A DNA stretch of 62,336 bases, counting the filler, from Diploschistes diacapsis (lineage: Eukaryota): assembly GCA_023645945.1 (NCBI GenBank). It is 17 parts of 17 records of this genome, joined end to end, with 100 filler letters (N's around TTAATTAATTAA, not from the genome) between each part and the next. Parts side by side here need not be neighbours in the genome. Positions count along the whole stretch, not along the records: positions 21,224 to 45,995 come from JALAIB010000230.1; 16 more parts are not named here. One strand, given 5' to 3'. The position numbers and the translations under genes were made by a program. The notes beneath the pieces were generated by a model that made no database searches, had not been told where the DNA came from, and worked only from the letters and a program-made list of their open reading frames with translations. Shown here piece after piece: positions 23,257 to 35,955 of this stretch; the stretch's first letter is position 1; each line of letters begins with the position of its first letter.

Positions 23257-25344
23257 TCACATTAACAAGAACCCCATTATAAGACTCAAAGCAAGGCTAA
23301 AACTCGTTGGGACAACACCCGTAGCCAGACTTTGCGAGCTGCCGCTGCCAGAGCTTCCACCGGAGCCACCACTACCACTACCATTTCCCGAACTACTTGA
23401 ATTTCCGGGAAGCTTGCCTGCAGACCCGACAACCGGAGTATATGGGGCAGGCGTGGTAGCGTTCAAGGTGCCGTCCCAGCAGAAGGTCTGGAAGCAGGAT
23501 GAACATGCGGCTGGAACAGCAGTCCCCGTTCTGCCGAACGATCGACTCAAGATTGCGCAACCCAGACAGGACTTGAATTCCTTGTTCGCCGTTCCGTTGC
23601 CCATTTTTGCTACTTGATATCCGTTCGCAACCATCGCATCCCGCTGGGTCATGTTGATATCCAGCTGGAACGTGGAAATATTGGAGGAATATGTGTAGGG
23701 CGCATTTGGAATATAGACAATCAATGGTGTTGGACCGGAAGAGTTCGAGGCATTACAGCCAAAGAATGTTGGTCTCTGATTCAAACCAAGGTTGATGAAG
23801 GTGTTCGGATCTGGAATAGATGGGAACGCCGTGTGATTGGCAATGCCAGATGCGTTGAGCGAGCGTTCGTACGTGGCGACCAACGCCGAACCGTTGGGCC
23901 AAATGTAGCTGGTATCAGCAGAGCTATCGACTGCAACAATGACATCGACAGCACGCGCGGGCTGAATAAGTGGCTGGAGAGGCAGGTTTTCAAGGTCTGT
24001 ACCTCCGTCAACGAGGACTAGCGCATCTGAATTCGCATCCAGTGCGTGGCCTGTAGGATTCCAGCCTTTGAAAGGATTGGGCTCGTACAACGAAACCAGT
24101 CCATCTTGGGCACGAGTTTCGTTGACCAGATTTCCCAAAACGGCCAATACTGAGCTAGGAAGCTCGCTCAGAAGGGCAGTCGTCACGAGTGAATTCAAGA
24201 TTGAAGAAGTCGTGCCCAGAGCGAAGCCTGCGTTATCAAAACCGCGAACACATTGCTCGTTGTTGGGAATAGTTCCGTTGCTGAAGTTGGAGCCAAGGAA
24301 TTGCAAATCCACGAATCCATAATTTGTAGGGTCCCATGTCCCAAGCTCGAACGGGTTGAACTCATAAACGGTAGTGTTGGTAGGACTGAAAGACAAGGAG
24401 CCCGCAACCTGACTGTCGGTAGCCAGTAACGGAAACGGAATCTTGCCCTGCAGGAAATTGGAATCATTCCTGATGCTGGAGAAGGTGTATGATGGACCGC
24501 CATCGGGAGCATTGATAAACTGGTAAGCCAATGCCCTGCCCCAGTAATCGCCAAAGGAGATGTTGTACCCAGCGTCTGCTTTACCCTCTACCTCTTTATG
24601 CAGCGTCGTGAAGAAGTCGGCCTCGCCGCCAGCCGAGGTATCAGGCCCGGAAATGACAGGATTTGTGAAGTTCCATAAGTCGGTGGAGGCGCCAGGGCCT
24701 GGATTCAGCAAGCTTGAAATGGTCGAAAAGTTGTTGATCTGCCAGCATCAGAGGTGGAACATGAGGATGGTACGGATCCAAGACGTACGAATAAGCTTCC
24801 GACTAGCCAGCCTCCTCCGCTCAGGCCAGCCACGTAGGTTGCCGAGTCAAGTAAGCCTTCAAGGTTAGTAGGGTCGTTGCCACCCTCTCTTGCATCAAAC
24901 GCCTGAATAGCGCCTGCGCCGGTCAGAGCTGCTCGAAGACCTCCTCCGGAAAAGGCGAGTCCGATATTCGGTGCGTTGGACACGTTACCGAAGTGTGCCT
25001 GAGCGTACTGTTTTGCATCGAAGCCTGAGATATTCAAAGACTCAAGAAAATTGGGCACTGTCTGTAGTGTGAAATTTCTCCGGAGCTTGAGCCATGACGA
25101 CTCGCTTTCCGACAAGCCAGTTCCTGCGCTTCTGATGGAAGGGCGATCTGCCGGGCAGTCGCCAGCCGTGGGCGTGTAGCCATCCGGAGCGGCTGGGAAA
25201 GCTCTATGCGATAGCTGTGAGTCTTTTTACCGTCGTGTTAGCGCTTTAGGTTAAATTGCGACCTTGTTTTCGAGGCAGCTAGGGTCGTGACTTACCAGCT
25301 ACAGCTAATCCCCAGAACGCAATGATCGAGAGAAGACTCAGCAT
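23257..25344 (-). CDS. PLB: Lysophospholipase/phospholipase B, secreted, probably GPI-anchored
   Basis: Signal peptide MLSLLSIIAFWGLAVA and two introns. Motifs SGGGLRA, GLSGGGW, YEFNPFELGTWD and VDGG. Ser/Gly-rich tail plus a hydrophobic C-terminus. Confidence 0.93.
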
Positions 25345-25986
25345 TATCGAAGCTAATACTAGCATCCGCTTTGCTTGGGAATTGACGCTATCATTACCCA
25401 AGACTTATGTTTGAAGAGAGAAGCTGGAAGAAAAACGTCAATCCGATGATACTTGTTAGGAAAACAAACCATTACTGTTATTACAAAAGTACATTGACCA
25501 AAGATGCATTGTTAAGTACCTTCATACATCCAAATGTGTCAATAGGCGACTGACTAGAACATGAGCGGTTAATCTAAAGTGACGTGCTCTTCGAGATCAT
25601 GACTGATAAAGGGTTTTTCCGACCCGAGAGACCTCTAACGCGAAGGTATCTGTGCACGTGTAGATACCACTGGCAACGCGGACTTGCTTCACAGTACGTT
25701 GTTAACTTTGGTCAAGCCCACATATGATTCTTGTGTAGATATTTCCACCAGAAAAGGGCACTGCGAGGTGGTTACATACATAGTACCGGTTGCTTCAAAG
25801 GTTCGCGCACTATCTACTTGATAGTGGTTCTCATCCTTAAGACTACCACTACTAAGAAATATACTGGCTTGTTGTCCGGTATCCTGGAGCCCTAGGAGGT
25901 CTGGGAAAATAAAGGTATCTAGTATACAAAAGGCAAGAAAAGCCCCCTTGCTTGCAATGATAGAAACTCAGATAAGGCAAGGCTCT

Positions 25987-26962
25987 TCACTGTTCCTTCT
26001 TGTTCTGCTGCCAAAGTGTATCGACACCGGTTTTGATGAGCCAAACCTTGTCCTATAGACGCCGTTAGTCACCTGCATTTTTCACAAGGACGACATTGCC
26101 GAAGCTGCTTACCGTCAGCCAAAATGGTAACCATGCCGTGGCGAACTTGACAAACCCGGCAAATGCCCCTGTCCAAAAGATGTGTTTGTTGCCGGAAATG
26201 ATAATCGGGATGACCGAGTCAGCAAACTCCTTGGGCGTCCCTGGTTTCATTTGGTCGATGCCCTGAGAATTCCGTTTGATATTTGCCTCGATGGACTTGT
26301 ACAAGGAGTCTTCAGGAAGCTTGAAGTTGCCAGCATTTGCCACAACCTGGGTATCGCCTACACCGCCTACCACCGCGACCTGGACCTTCACTCCGAAAGG
26401 CGCGAGCTCGAGACGCAGTGTTTGGCTCATGGTGTTGAGAGCTGCTTTCGACGCTGCGTAGGTGCCTATTCAGCACAGACTGTCAAACTTGCATGTACTA
26501 ATCCGGCGTGACCTTCAACTTACCGATCCATGGCACATACATGCACGAGGATATCGAACTGATGTTGACAATGGTGCCTTTCGCGTGGATCAAGAGCGGA
26601 GTGAATGCCTGAGTTACCGCAAGCGTGCCCCAGACGTTCGTATCGAAGACATTCTTTGCGTCTTGGATGTCCTCGTCGACAAGGGGCAGGAAGTGGTAGA
26701 TTCCCGCATTGTTGATCAAATAATCCAGGGTGCCGCCACTCTGAGCTTCCACGGTCTCGACAGCTGCCTTGATCTGTAACGGATTGGTAATGTCCAGGCC
26801 AAGCATCGTGACGTTCGGGAGACCTGCCAGCGCACTCATCTTTGCTATACTGCGAGCTGTAGCAAACACTTGGGAACCACGCTCTTGGAAAGCAACAGCG
26901 AGGGCACTTCCAATACCATGATCGCTGCATCCAGTGATGAGGACGGACTTGAGTAATGCCAT
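25987..26962 (-). CDS. Short-chain dehydrogenase/reductase, Ayr1-like
   Basis: VLITGCSDHGIG, LDYLINNAG and YAASKAA. Two introns; the last exon is DKVWLIKTGVDTLWQQNKKEQ*. Confidence 0.88.
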
Positions 26963-27533
26963 GCCAGCCAAAAAGAAAAATGATCTGGGCCTTTAAGTGA
27001 AAGAGTTGAACTGACGAAGAAAATGGAAGTGGTCAAGGAATCCGCTACTAACGCAGCACGCGAAAAGACATCAAAAGTCCCTTAGTAGCCTTGAGTCTGC
27101 TTTATGATAAGGTACTGGAGACCACGAGCTGTCATCAGATTCACCAAGACAAAATGAGGACCTCATAACATAGGCTCACATGAGGTATCAATGACACATC
27201 GAGATGCAATGCCTGCAGCGGCTTCTCGAACCTGCTTGGTATAATGAAAGGCATCACCTAGAATTGAAATGCTTCTGCTTCCCTCCTGGGTACCCTAAGC
27301 ATGAATTGCCCCCGCTAACTCGTTGTATATTCTCACAGAGCCCAGGTAAACACCGATAATAAGCGCATTGGAACTGTAGCATATACGACCGGAAAGAGGA
27401 TGGGTAGTATGAGTGAGGTCTTGGTAAAAGGATGATATGCAAGCAAAACAAAGCCATACTACAAAGCCAACCCAAGCCCTTCCACTCCTTTCCTCTTCTA
27501 CCACTCTTCACCTGCTAAGTTTCTCAGCCACCT

Positions 27534-27731
27534 CTACTCCCCAACCATCTCCCTTAGCCTCCTCCTCATCTCCTCCCTCCCCAGCCTACACTCTGCACAC
27601 ATGCCCTCCATGGCAACATCCCGCGTGAGCAGGACACCGCAGCAGGCGGAGTAGCGGCAGGGGAAGCGCTCGTCCCACAGCGTCTTGCGGCAGCCGCATT
27701 CGGAGTAGTGGAAGAGGTATTGTGTGCACAT
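27534..27731 (-). CDS. Small Cys-rich hypothetical protein, 65 aa
   Basis: MCTQYLFHYSECGCRK..CRYSACCG..MCAECR. Start context TCAAATG, GC-rich codons and a TATATA about 80 nt upstream. Confidence 0.6.
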   Translation of the reverse strand: MCTQYLFHYSECGCRKTLWDERFPCRYSACCGVLLTRDVAMEGMCAECRLGREEMRRRLREMVGE

Positions 27732-28440
27732 TTGAAACACGGGGTGGACTTGATGCGGCAGTGGAAAACACGAGGGTGTTGGGAGGAGTGCAAAGGGCCA
27801 GAAGGCTATATAAGAAAGATAAAATATATTTGTTGATCTATCCATCGTTATGCTATGCTACCCTGCATAGCCAGCGGAGCATGACCAGAAGCGGGCGATC
27901 AATGAGCTGTTCATGACAAGAGGCATGACGAACTTGTTTGCGGGAAAGTAAAAAAGGTAAACGTGAATGTCCACAACATACAATTGTAAATAAGGAGGCA
28001 AACAGCCCCGAAAACCCTGGCAAAGGAGCTGGCTTGGACAACTGCTTTTGTCAAGCAAACAACAAGGGACGTCTCTGCGTTAAACCTGTAAGCCTACTGT
28101 GCTCCTGTAGGCCTACTGTGCTCCAAATCAACTCGTGGGAATGATGAAAAACAGTGGAGAATGTTGATGAGAGAGCAGTGATAGAAAGACCTCCGCAGAA
28201 TCTGACTAGCTAATATGAACGACGATGGGCGAACCTTCTGTGCCAATGTTGTAGGGTAAACACGCATTCCACGAACAGGTACCGGCAACCTTCGTTGTAG
28301 CGGCAACCTTCGTTCAGATAAATTAGGCGCAACATATCATGTTTTTTGGGGTTTTGCCAAATCTGTACATATTGATTCTACCCTCCTCGTTTATATTACC
28401 TTCCGTATCAGCACCCACCAGGTATTCGCTTCCAAAGCTC

Positions 28441-29849
28441 CTACGTGAGAGTATAGTTGCTTTCCAGCGGCCCCGGGCACGGCGTGCTCGCCAAATCCCT
28501 CCCCACCACCTTACCCCTCATAGCAAACAGATGTTGTCTGATGGTCGCTATATCCGAATTATTCGTCGGCGTATTGAGCGGATTTCCATACTGCAGCGCA
28601 AACCCATCGCTGTGGTTGACGTAGATATTACAGTTCGGCACGTCGTGCATGAACAGGCTCCAGAACAGATCTCCCGTCACCACGGGGTCGGTCATGTTCT
28701 GCCTGGCCTGGATCGCCGCGAGGAACTCCGCCAGCGGCGGGCCGGAGGGCGGGTTGCCGTAGTTGTAGTCGTTCCACGCGTACTCGCCCACGATGTACGG
28801 CTTGCCTGCCGAGCCCGCGAGGGCGATGTCGGCGTCGAGCTTCGTCAGGTTGCGCGGGTAGTAGTGGTCCGAGACGATGTCGATTGTCTGGATTGGGAGG
28901 TGGTTCTTGTTGATGCCGTAGGTGCCGTCGACGACGAGTTTCTTGGGCGCGAGCTGTTTAACGTATGCGGATATCTCGGTGGTCCAGGAGATGGGCACGT
29001 CCATGTCACCGAAGATGGGACCGCCGAGCTCGTTGCCTGTCTCGTAGGCAAAGATTGTGGGATCCTCTGCGTAAGTGAGGTTCGTGTAGGGATTGCGGTG
29101 CGTGAGGAGGGCATGAATGTAGTTCTTGAAGTCGGAGATTATGGTGGCGTTTGTGTAGAACTGCTGGACGAGGGGTGAGACAGGGGATGCTGTTGAAGAA
29201 ATATTTATTCCGCGAAACCTGAGGAAGTCGTACTTTCCGCCATGGTAGTAATCCTATGACCTTGAGCAACTTTAGGTCCCAAGCAGAACCTGTGGGACAT
29301 ACATAGTTGTCGATTAAAGGTGCAAAGATTCTTCATCTTAATTAGTTCCATAGTTGAAGCTCATCGTTGTTGAGGGGGTACCTGAGACCATGCTCCCGAG
29401 CTTGGTACACCGCCCAGTCAATAGATTTGAATGCCTGCTGGTTGACCACCCCGAGGCTGGGCATGACGCTCAAAGGATTGCCAACGCTCACGCCCAAGGT
29501 CTGGCTGCGAATGACATTGGCACCCATTGTGTTGAGCGTGTTCATGATCTCCGTGATCCTTCCAAAGGTAGGATAGCTGGCGTTGAAAGGAGCGTAGAAC
29601 GGCTGGCCCTTTGGTGGGATAACATTCTCGTCGAGACCCTTTGTATAAATTAGAGGCTGCTTTCGTGCATGTCAGGCGAGATGGTCTTACGAGCCAGTAA
29701 ACATTTGCCCCAGACGTTGTGAAATGCTGGCCATCAATTTTGAGTTTCGTACCGTCTCGATACACATAAGAGTCACGATTGATTGCCGAGTTTGCAGTAG
29801 CACTGGCAATCAGTGTAGCTAGGAGTGCATATTTCACAATTGCAGGCAT
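28441..29849 (-). CDS. Secreted glycoside hydrolase family 5 (beta-mannanase-like)
   Basis: Signal peptide, SGANVYWL, YHGGK, YETGNELGG (acid/base NE), SDHYYP and IVGEY (nucleophile). About three introns. Confidence 0.88.
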
Positions 29850-30554
29850 GAGGAAAAGGAGGAATCAAGTCAAGTGAACATTAGAAAATGCTGGAGCACT
29901 GGAAATATAGAAACACACTAACTCTTATACTCAGTACTGCATTGCTCCGCCTCGCCACGTGCTGGATAGTCTACTGGACTTGAGATTGACGATCTCTGTA
30001 GCAAATACAAGCCTGTGCTCGTGTGCACGAGGATTCCCGGGACTTCATCCTAGTCGCCAGAGGTTCATTGTAATGCTTCAACTTGAGCCCGGAAGAAATC
30101 ACTATGACTTCCTCTTTGATGGGAAGGTGGGTTGTTCTCTCTCAGCCAGCAAAAACATAATGAAGCAACTTCCTCCGTGCTCGCTACAGATCAAGCTGGG
30201 TTTGGGTTGCGGGGTTCATACTATCCGTAGTAAGCTCGTTGAGAGATCTACCTACCGCATCTCGTGGGGTGATATATACCCGCCGCTCTCTCTCAAGCAA
30301 ACGGAGGTTGGAAGTCCGCTGCCAAAAAGGGTTGCATACCGAAGTGTGGGAAGCCCGGATGCACACACTGTGGGGAACCTGCAGCCGGTGGCAGCATGGC
30401 GGTGCTAGCTCTGTAGGTACTGAGGTCCAATGCTCTGTCTCGGTCCGCTCGACATCCACAATTCCTCAATTCCTTATTGGAATTGCATGAATAGAAATGT
30501 TATTTAGTAGAGCTATAGACGGCGCTAATGCTGATGATGCATATCAACAGGCAT

Positions 30555-33500
30555 TTACAGGTTTGCCTTGAGCAATCCCTCACCAGCCAGAAACAATTCA
30601 ACATCTTCCCTATCCCTCGTTATCCAACCAAGCTTGGCCCGAATGGAGTCTAGACTTTGCTCCAGCGCCATCTTGTAACCGGTCTTGTCCTTGTCCTTGA
30701 AAAAGTCTTCCACCATCTGCATGTGCTTCTCCGTTGTGAACTCGGCCACGCTGAGCTTCACAAGTGTACCCAACATGGTCAATCCTGGTGGACAAACCCT
30801 CAAAATCTCTTCCCAGTTGCTCGTTAGCCATTGCCATGCTGCTTCAACGCCCTGGGGTTCGGATCTGAGGCCCCATAGCGGTACGTAAATGTCTTGGCTT
30901 CTAACATCTTTGCTCAGTGGAAGAGCGACGGTGCGTTTGATGAGCTTAGGAGACTTCACACGTCCGAGCGCTCGAAGAGCTGTAATTTTCTCGTCAGCAT
31001 TGGTGGTTGTCCTTAGTTCGTTGAGGAGGATGTCAAATTCGTGGTCACCACCGTTGTTTAAAGCAATAGTGTAGACCGATCCCCGTATGTTCGGATGGAT
31101 GGCCTTGCGGTCGCCAGCGGCAAAGCGTTTGAACATATCTTGCGCCGCATTGGTTATTTTTTCGTCACCAGCTAGACCAGCGGAACCGAATAGGAGCGAC
31201 TTGAACTGCGACGAAAGGTGTCCCTCATCTGGAGCAAATTCCCATCCGACGGAATGAGCTTTTGTGGACACCAGATCTCTCTGGTAAGTCCTCAGGGCTT
31301 CGCGAGTCTATGGCGTGTAAGCTAGATCACAGCATTCTTGCCGTGAAGTCTCACCTTGTTGTCTTCAAACTTCCAAGCAGATCTCACACTCGAGATGCTG
31401 TGTATCACTTGTTCCCAGACAACATATTCTGAGTCTTCCCTGAAGCCTTTTGCAAGAGCAAGAGCCCCGGAAGTCTTCTGGTGTCCTGATGCCGCAAGGT
31501 TGCTAGCGTCAGCGATAAGACCTGCGCGATCCGACACCGGTAGCAGGCCCTCCTTAGCTGATTTGCCCAGCTTCTCAAGCCGTTCAGGAGAATATGACGT
31601 GCGATAGATACCCGTTTGGTTGGCGTTAATCTTGAAGAAATCGAGGTCTTTGAGAGGAATTTCTTCCTCTCGTTTTGTGAGCACAGCATTCTTGTCAATA
31701 CCGTCTTTAGTGCGTAGCTCCAGAAAAATAGGATACAGCGTCTCGTCCTCCCCGGGTCTTACGTCATTTGTGCGCAAATAACGATTCTGCTTGAGGTGTA
31801 TTGCCTTCTTGTCCGGAAGCTCTGTGACAGAAACGACGGGGTAGCCCACTTTCTTCGTCCAGATGCTCATTACCTCCTCTACAGGCTTTCCACTAGCGTC
31901 TGCTAGCGAAGCCCACAGATCTTCGGTTCGTGTGTTTCCGTATTGATGTTTTTTGAGGTACCGGCGAATCCCCTCCAAAAAGACATCTTCCCCCAAATAT
32001 ATGGAAATCATACGGATAACAGAAGAGCCCTTAGCGTATGAGATGGCGTCGAATATTTCATTGACCTCATCAGCGCGTTTGACCGGTACCTCGATTGGGT
32101 GGCTGCTGCGAAGTGAGTCAAGGCTTAGCGCCTGAGCCAAGTCATTGGTAACGTAGCTATCCCAGATTTTCCATTCGGGGTAAAACTGATTGCAAGCGTA
32201 CCAGGACATCCAGGTGGCGAACCCTTCATTCAGCCATAGACCGTCCCAAAAATCCATCGTCACTAGGTTGCCGAACCATTGATGCGCCAACTCGTGCACT
32301 ACCACTTCCGCAACTCCCTGTTTGGCGTTCGCACCGCTTTTCTCTTCGTCCAGCATCAAACAGCTGGTCCGATATGTTACCAAGCCCCAGTTTTCCATCG
32401 CACCGGCGGAGAAATCTGGGATGGCAATCATGTCCATTTTTGGCAAAGGGAATTTGCTATCAAATTGAGTTTCATAGAACGAAAGAGTTTTGGCTGCCAA
32501 CTCCAAAGAGAAACGTCCATGCTCGATCTCAGAGCCGGGCGGAGAAAAGACTCTGACAGGGAGCCTGAAGCTATTGGTTTCAATGCAATTCAGCTCCCCT
32601 ATGACGAATGCAATAAGGTAGGTCGACATCAGTGGCGACTTGTTGAAAGTAACGGCTTTCCTCTTGGCCCCAGTCACCTTGGAGTCTACCTCTTTCTCCG
32701 ACGCCACGTCCATGTTGCTGAGACATGTATGGTTCTTGTCCCCAATCAGCGTGACGGTGAAATGAGCTTTCAAGGCTGGCTCATCAAAGCACGGGAAAGC
32801 CCTTCGAGCATCAGTTGGCTCCATTTGCGATGCTGCAAGGTAGTGATCCGTGCCGTCCGGGTGCTTGTACGTTGAACGATAGAATCCAGCAAGCTGATCG
32901 TTGAGAGTACCCACAAACCCAATCTTGAGAGAGGCTTTTGAGCCGGATGAGAGACTCTTCTCGAAGGAGAAAGTGGTAGCCTGTTTGTCTGCATCGTAAC
33001 TGATCTTAAGTGACGAGCTAACTTCTGCTCCATCATGGGAAATTGAGGCAGATTCGATGTCGAGCTCGAAGGTATTCAGCGCGATGGACTTGGACTCATC
33101 AATTACGTCAAGCCTGAATCAGTCAACTTCTGGGTTTGTTGTGAATGGCCAACGCCAGGAACTCTGCAATTTCCAACTCACTCTATCGTAACGGTACCAC
33201 TGTATTTGAAAGTCTCAAAATTCGGCTCCAATGTTAGATCATAGTGGATTGGCTTGACGTTGGTCGGAAGGACCTCACGGGCAGGCAATGGCGCTGAACC
33301 TGATGTTTCCTCAGCTTTGCACATCCTCGGATAAGTTGAGCACGCCCGCAGGCGATTCAAAACAGCTCTGTGTGACGGGTTGCCGGTAGTACGCCTCTGT
33401 TGTCGAAGAATCAAAGAAGGTATAAAGGCTCTGCTGGTCTTGAAACACCGGATTGTAGATAAACTTCTTACAGGGGAGAAAGGAAGGCGAGATGGGAGTG

Positions 33501-33570
33501 GTTTTATTGTGTGGAGCTGTGCGGAGCGCCGAAGAGCAAGTTGGCTTGCCCTGTTGATGGGAGGTATCAT
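30555..33570 (-). CDS. APE2: M1 family aminopeptidase 2
   Basis: REVLPTNVKPIHYDL, GAMENWGL, HELAHQWFGNLVT..WLNEGFA and an ERAP1-C-like tail. Two introns; in-frame ATGs at 33570 and 33324. Confidence 0.93.
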
Positions 33571-34667
33571 TGACCGGTACAATCATAAAAGAGCGAACAG
33601 TCAGAAGAAGAACTACTAGTAATTTATACAGTACCGCTTTTCAACCGCTGGATCAACAAAGGAGGGGCGAAGGGCGGAATGTTGAACTCCAGGTAACAGT
33701 ATTGTCGTCGTAGTAGGAAAGCTCGAGTTATGGCTGGACTGCCTAGTGCATATGGATAAGAAGCCTAAGCTCTTTCGGGTTAGTTTGCATAGAGCTAAGC
33801 CTAATTAGTGCCTATTAGTGGCTCCTGCCCTCGCTGCTGCCTGCGATGCCGCCATGCATCCACCTAATTAACTACTAGCTTTAAAATATCATCTTTTCTT
33901 CCCACTCATAAATTGACAAAAGAATACGATTTAATAGTAATAATAATAACGAGTTGGTCAATCCAAATCCGCTAAAATAACTTTAAATTCCAATAATATT
34001 CACACAAACATGTCCCCAGAGGAAACACTTTTCTTACAAGCTTTTTTTTCTACGTATAATTAGTTAAAAACCCTTAACCTTATATCATTCCTCGTCTTTT
34101 ATCTTTGGGAAACCCCTTCGAGCACCCCATAAGAATATAATATGTCTGTAAAGAATAACGGTGTGATATTAAGCGTGTTTTGGGTGTGACTTTTTTTAAA
34201 CACCGCCTGATTACTTATAGTGAACTTAGCGGCCCCGGTGCTTCAATTCCCTGATAAGTTAGCACCAATTCTGATACTTACTAAGCCAACCGCTACTCAA
34301 AGAAGCTGAAACTACAATTTGGTCTTTTTTTCTGTTATATCAAACATGCAAGTACACTTTCGAGGTTCTGCTATTTACATGTATCTCCTCGTGGTTCATC
34401 ATACACTTGCTATAATACATTCTCCACAGGTTCGAGGCATCTATCCTGTCTGTCGATGCTATTGGGTATCTTGCCATAGGAAAGTTGGAACATCTATCGT
34501 GTTTTGCCTCTTCAGCCTCCTTGCTTCTCCGCTTACAATTCTCATCGCTGTTGAGAGGCTCACGAGATGCCTTTATGTCCACATACTTTATTTGAGTATT
34601 ATCAGGAGTCCAATAAAGGTTATGTTGCCGAAATGCGGAGCTTTGCCTTCTGTTACTTGTTGCCCCG

Positions 34668-35244
34668 TTATTTCGGAAATTTCTTCCATCCACGACCATG
34701 GCCAAGCTGGTGAGGGTCAGCAAAGCACAACTATCACAAACATTAGATTTCCTACCTGCTTCCACTCGTAGATCATCTTCGGCATGTTCACCATCGCCTG
34801 CCTTCGCTTGTCTAGCCTTGCCCTCATTGTTCGTTCATGCCAATGTCCCTTGACTTTCTGTCCCACGCCCGTGCCTTTTACTCGTATACCCTTTTCTATA
34901 CGGTATGCCAACTTTTCCTTTGTCCCTTTGGTTGTAAAAGGTAATAGATCCTCGACTCCGTGCTCTTTTGCAAGCTTGACCAGATCAGCTTGCCGCCGTA
35001 GCGAGTGCATTGGTTCGTGCCATCTGCCTGTGACGGGATGCAAATTCCGTTGGAACGGACTGATTAAACCAGCAGCTGGTGTCGAACTTGTCGATGGGGG
35101 CTTCTCATAGTCTGCGTTTGAGTTCAGATGAGTGGTATTGGGAGCGGCGGCGTTCTTGCCGTAAAGCTGCGGCGGGAACCGTTCAAAAAACCGTATCAAC
35201 TTTGGCGGCAGTGTCTTGAAAAGCTCAGCATGTCTGACAGACAT
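34668..35244 (-). CDS. MRPL25: Mitochondrial ribosomal protein mL59
   Basis: LPPKLIRFFERFPP, HPVTGRWHEP.HSLRRQADLVKLA and KVKGHWHER. One intron, then LGHGRGWKKFPK*. Confidence 0.88.
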
Positions 35245-35955
35245 CCTGATATAAAGAAGAAACAGTTAAAGTAGGGGAGAGAGTTACTATGGAAAAGATG
35301 CTGTTGAGTACTCGATCGTGAGGTTCTTTGACTATTTGCGATTGGTAGGGCGGGATAACAACCTCACCGTGCTCAGAGATACGCATTTGGCACACCAACG
35401 AAGAAACGAGTTGCGAGAAAGACGTCGAAGCTATGAAGCATAAGATCGTTACTAGATAAAGATTTACTACTAACTTGATATCCAGCTCGCGCGTGGTATC
35501 ACTGTACTGTCCTGGGCAAAAATGCTGAAATGATCAATTCTGAACCAGTAAATTGCTTTGCATGATTTCTATGCGAAGCGCAGGACTACATAATGCATTT
35601 AGATAGAGTCTTATTAGGGCGCTGGAAAAACCATAATTAAGAATTGACTCCGACAATTTAACAGTGAAGACTCGATGAAACTGAACCTAAGTCGCATCTG
35701 CTTTCGAACCTACTGCTTTTCGAGCCAATTACTTCCAAACCTGCTGCCTACTGCTTTCAAATCTATTACTTTCATATAAAAATGCAAATATATAACAGTT
35801 TTTTGACCTTTTTGTTGATTTTTACTTCGCTTAGGAACTCGGCAGACACATTGATATTAGAGTTGGTCTCCGCCAAGGCTAGCACGAGCTGACTTTCCTC
35901 TTCTTTGATATATTTGCCCGCACCCTGGCATCACCTTCTCCATTGCAAAAGAATA

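Noticed and set aside
28339..29178. Long antisense ORFs (also 3695-4243, 37474-38187, 45116-45937, 46212-46886, 56344-57027)
   Set aside because: Shadow ORFs opposite GC3-rich real genes.
23257..29849. PLB, SDR, small ORF and GH5 as a secondary-metabolite or functional gene cluster
   Set aside because: There is no backbone enzyme or shared pathway; this is an ordinary co-oriented neighbourhood.
34319..34771. 150-aa and 141-aa ORFs downstream of MRPL25
   Set aside because: They overlap the MRPL25 last intron, last exon and 3' UTR, and show no recognisable motifs.
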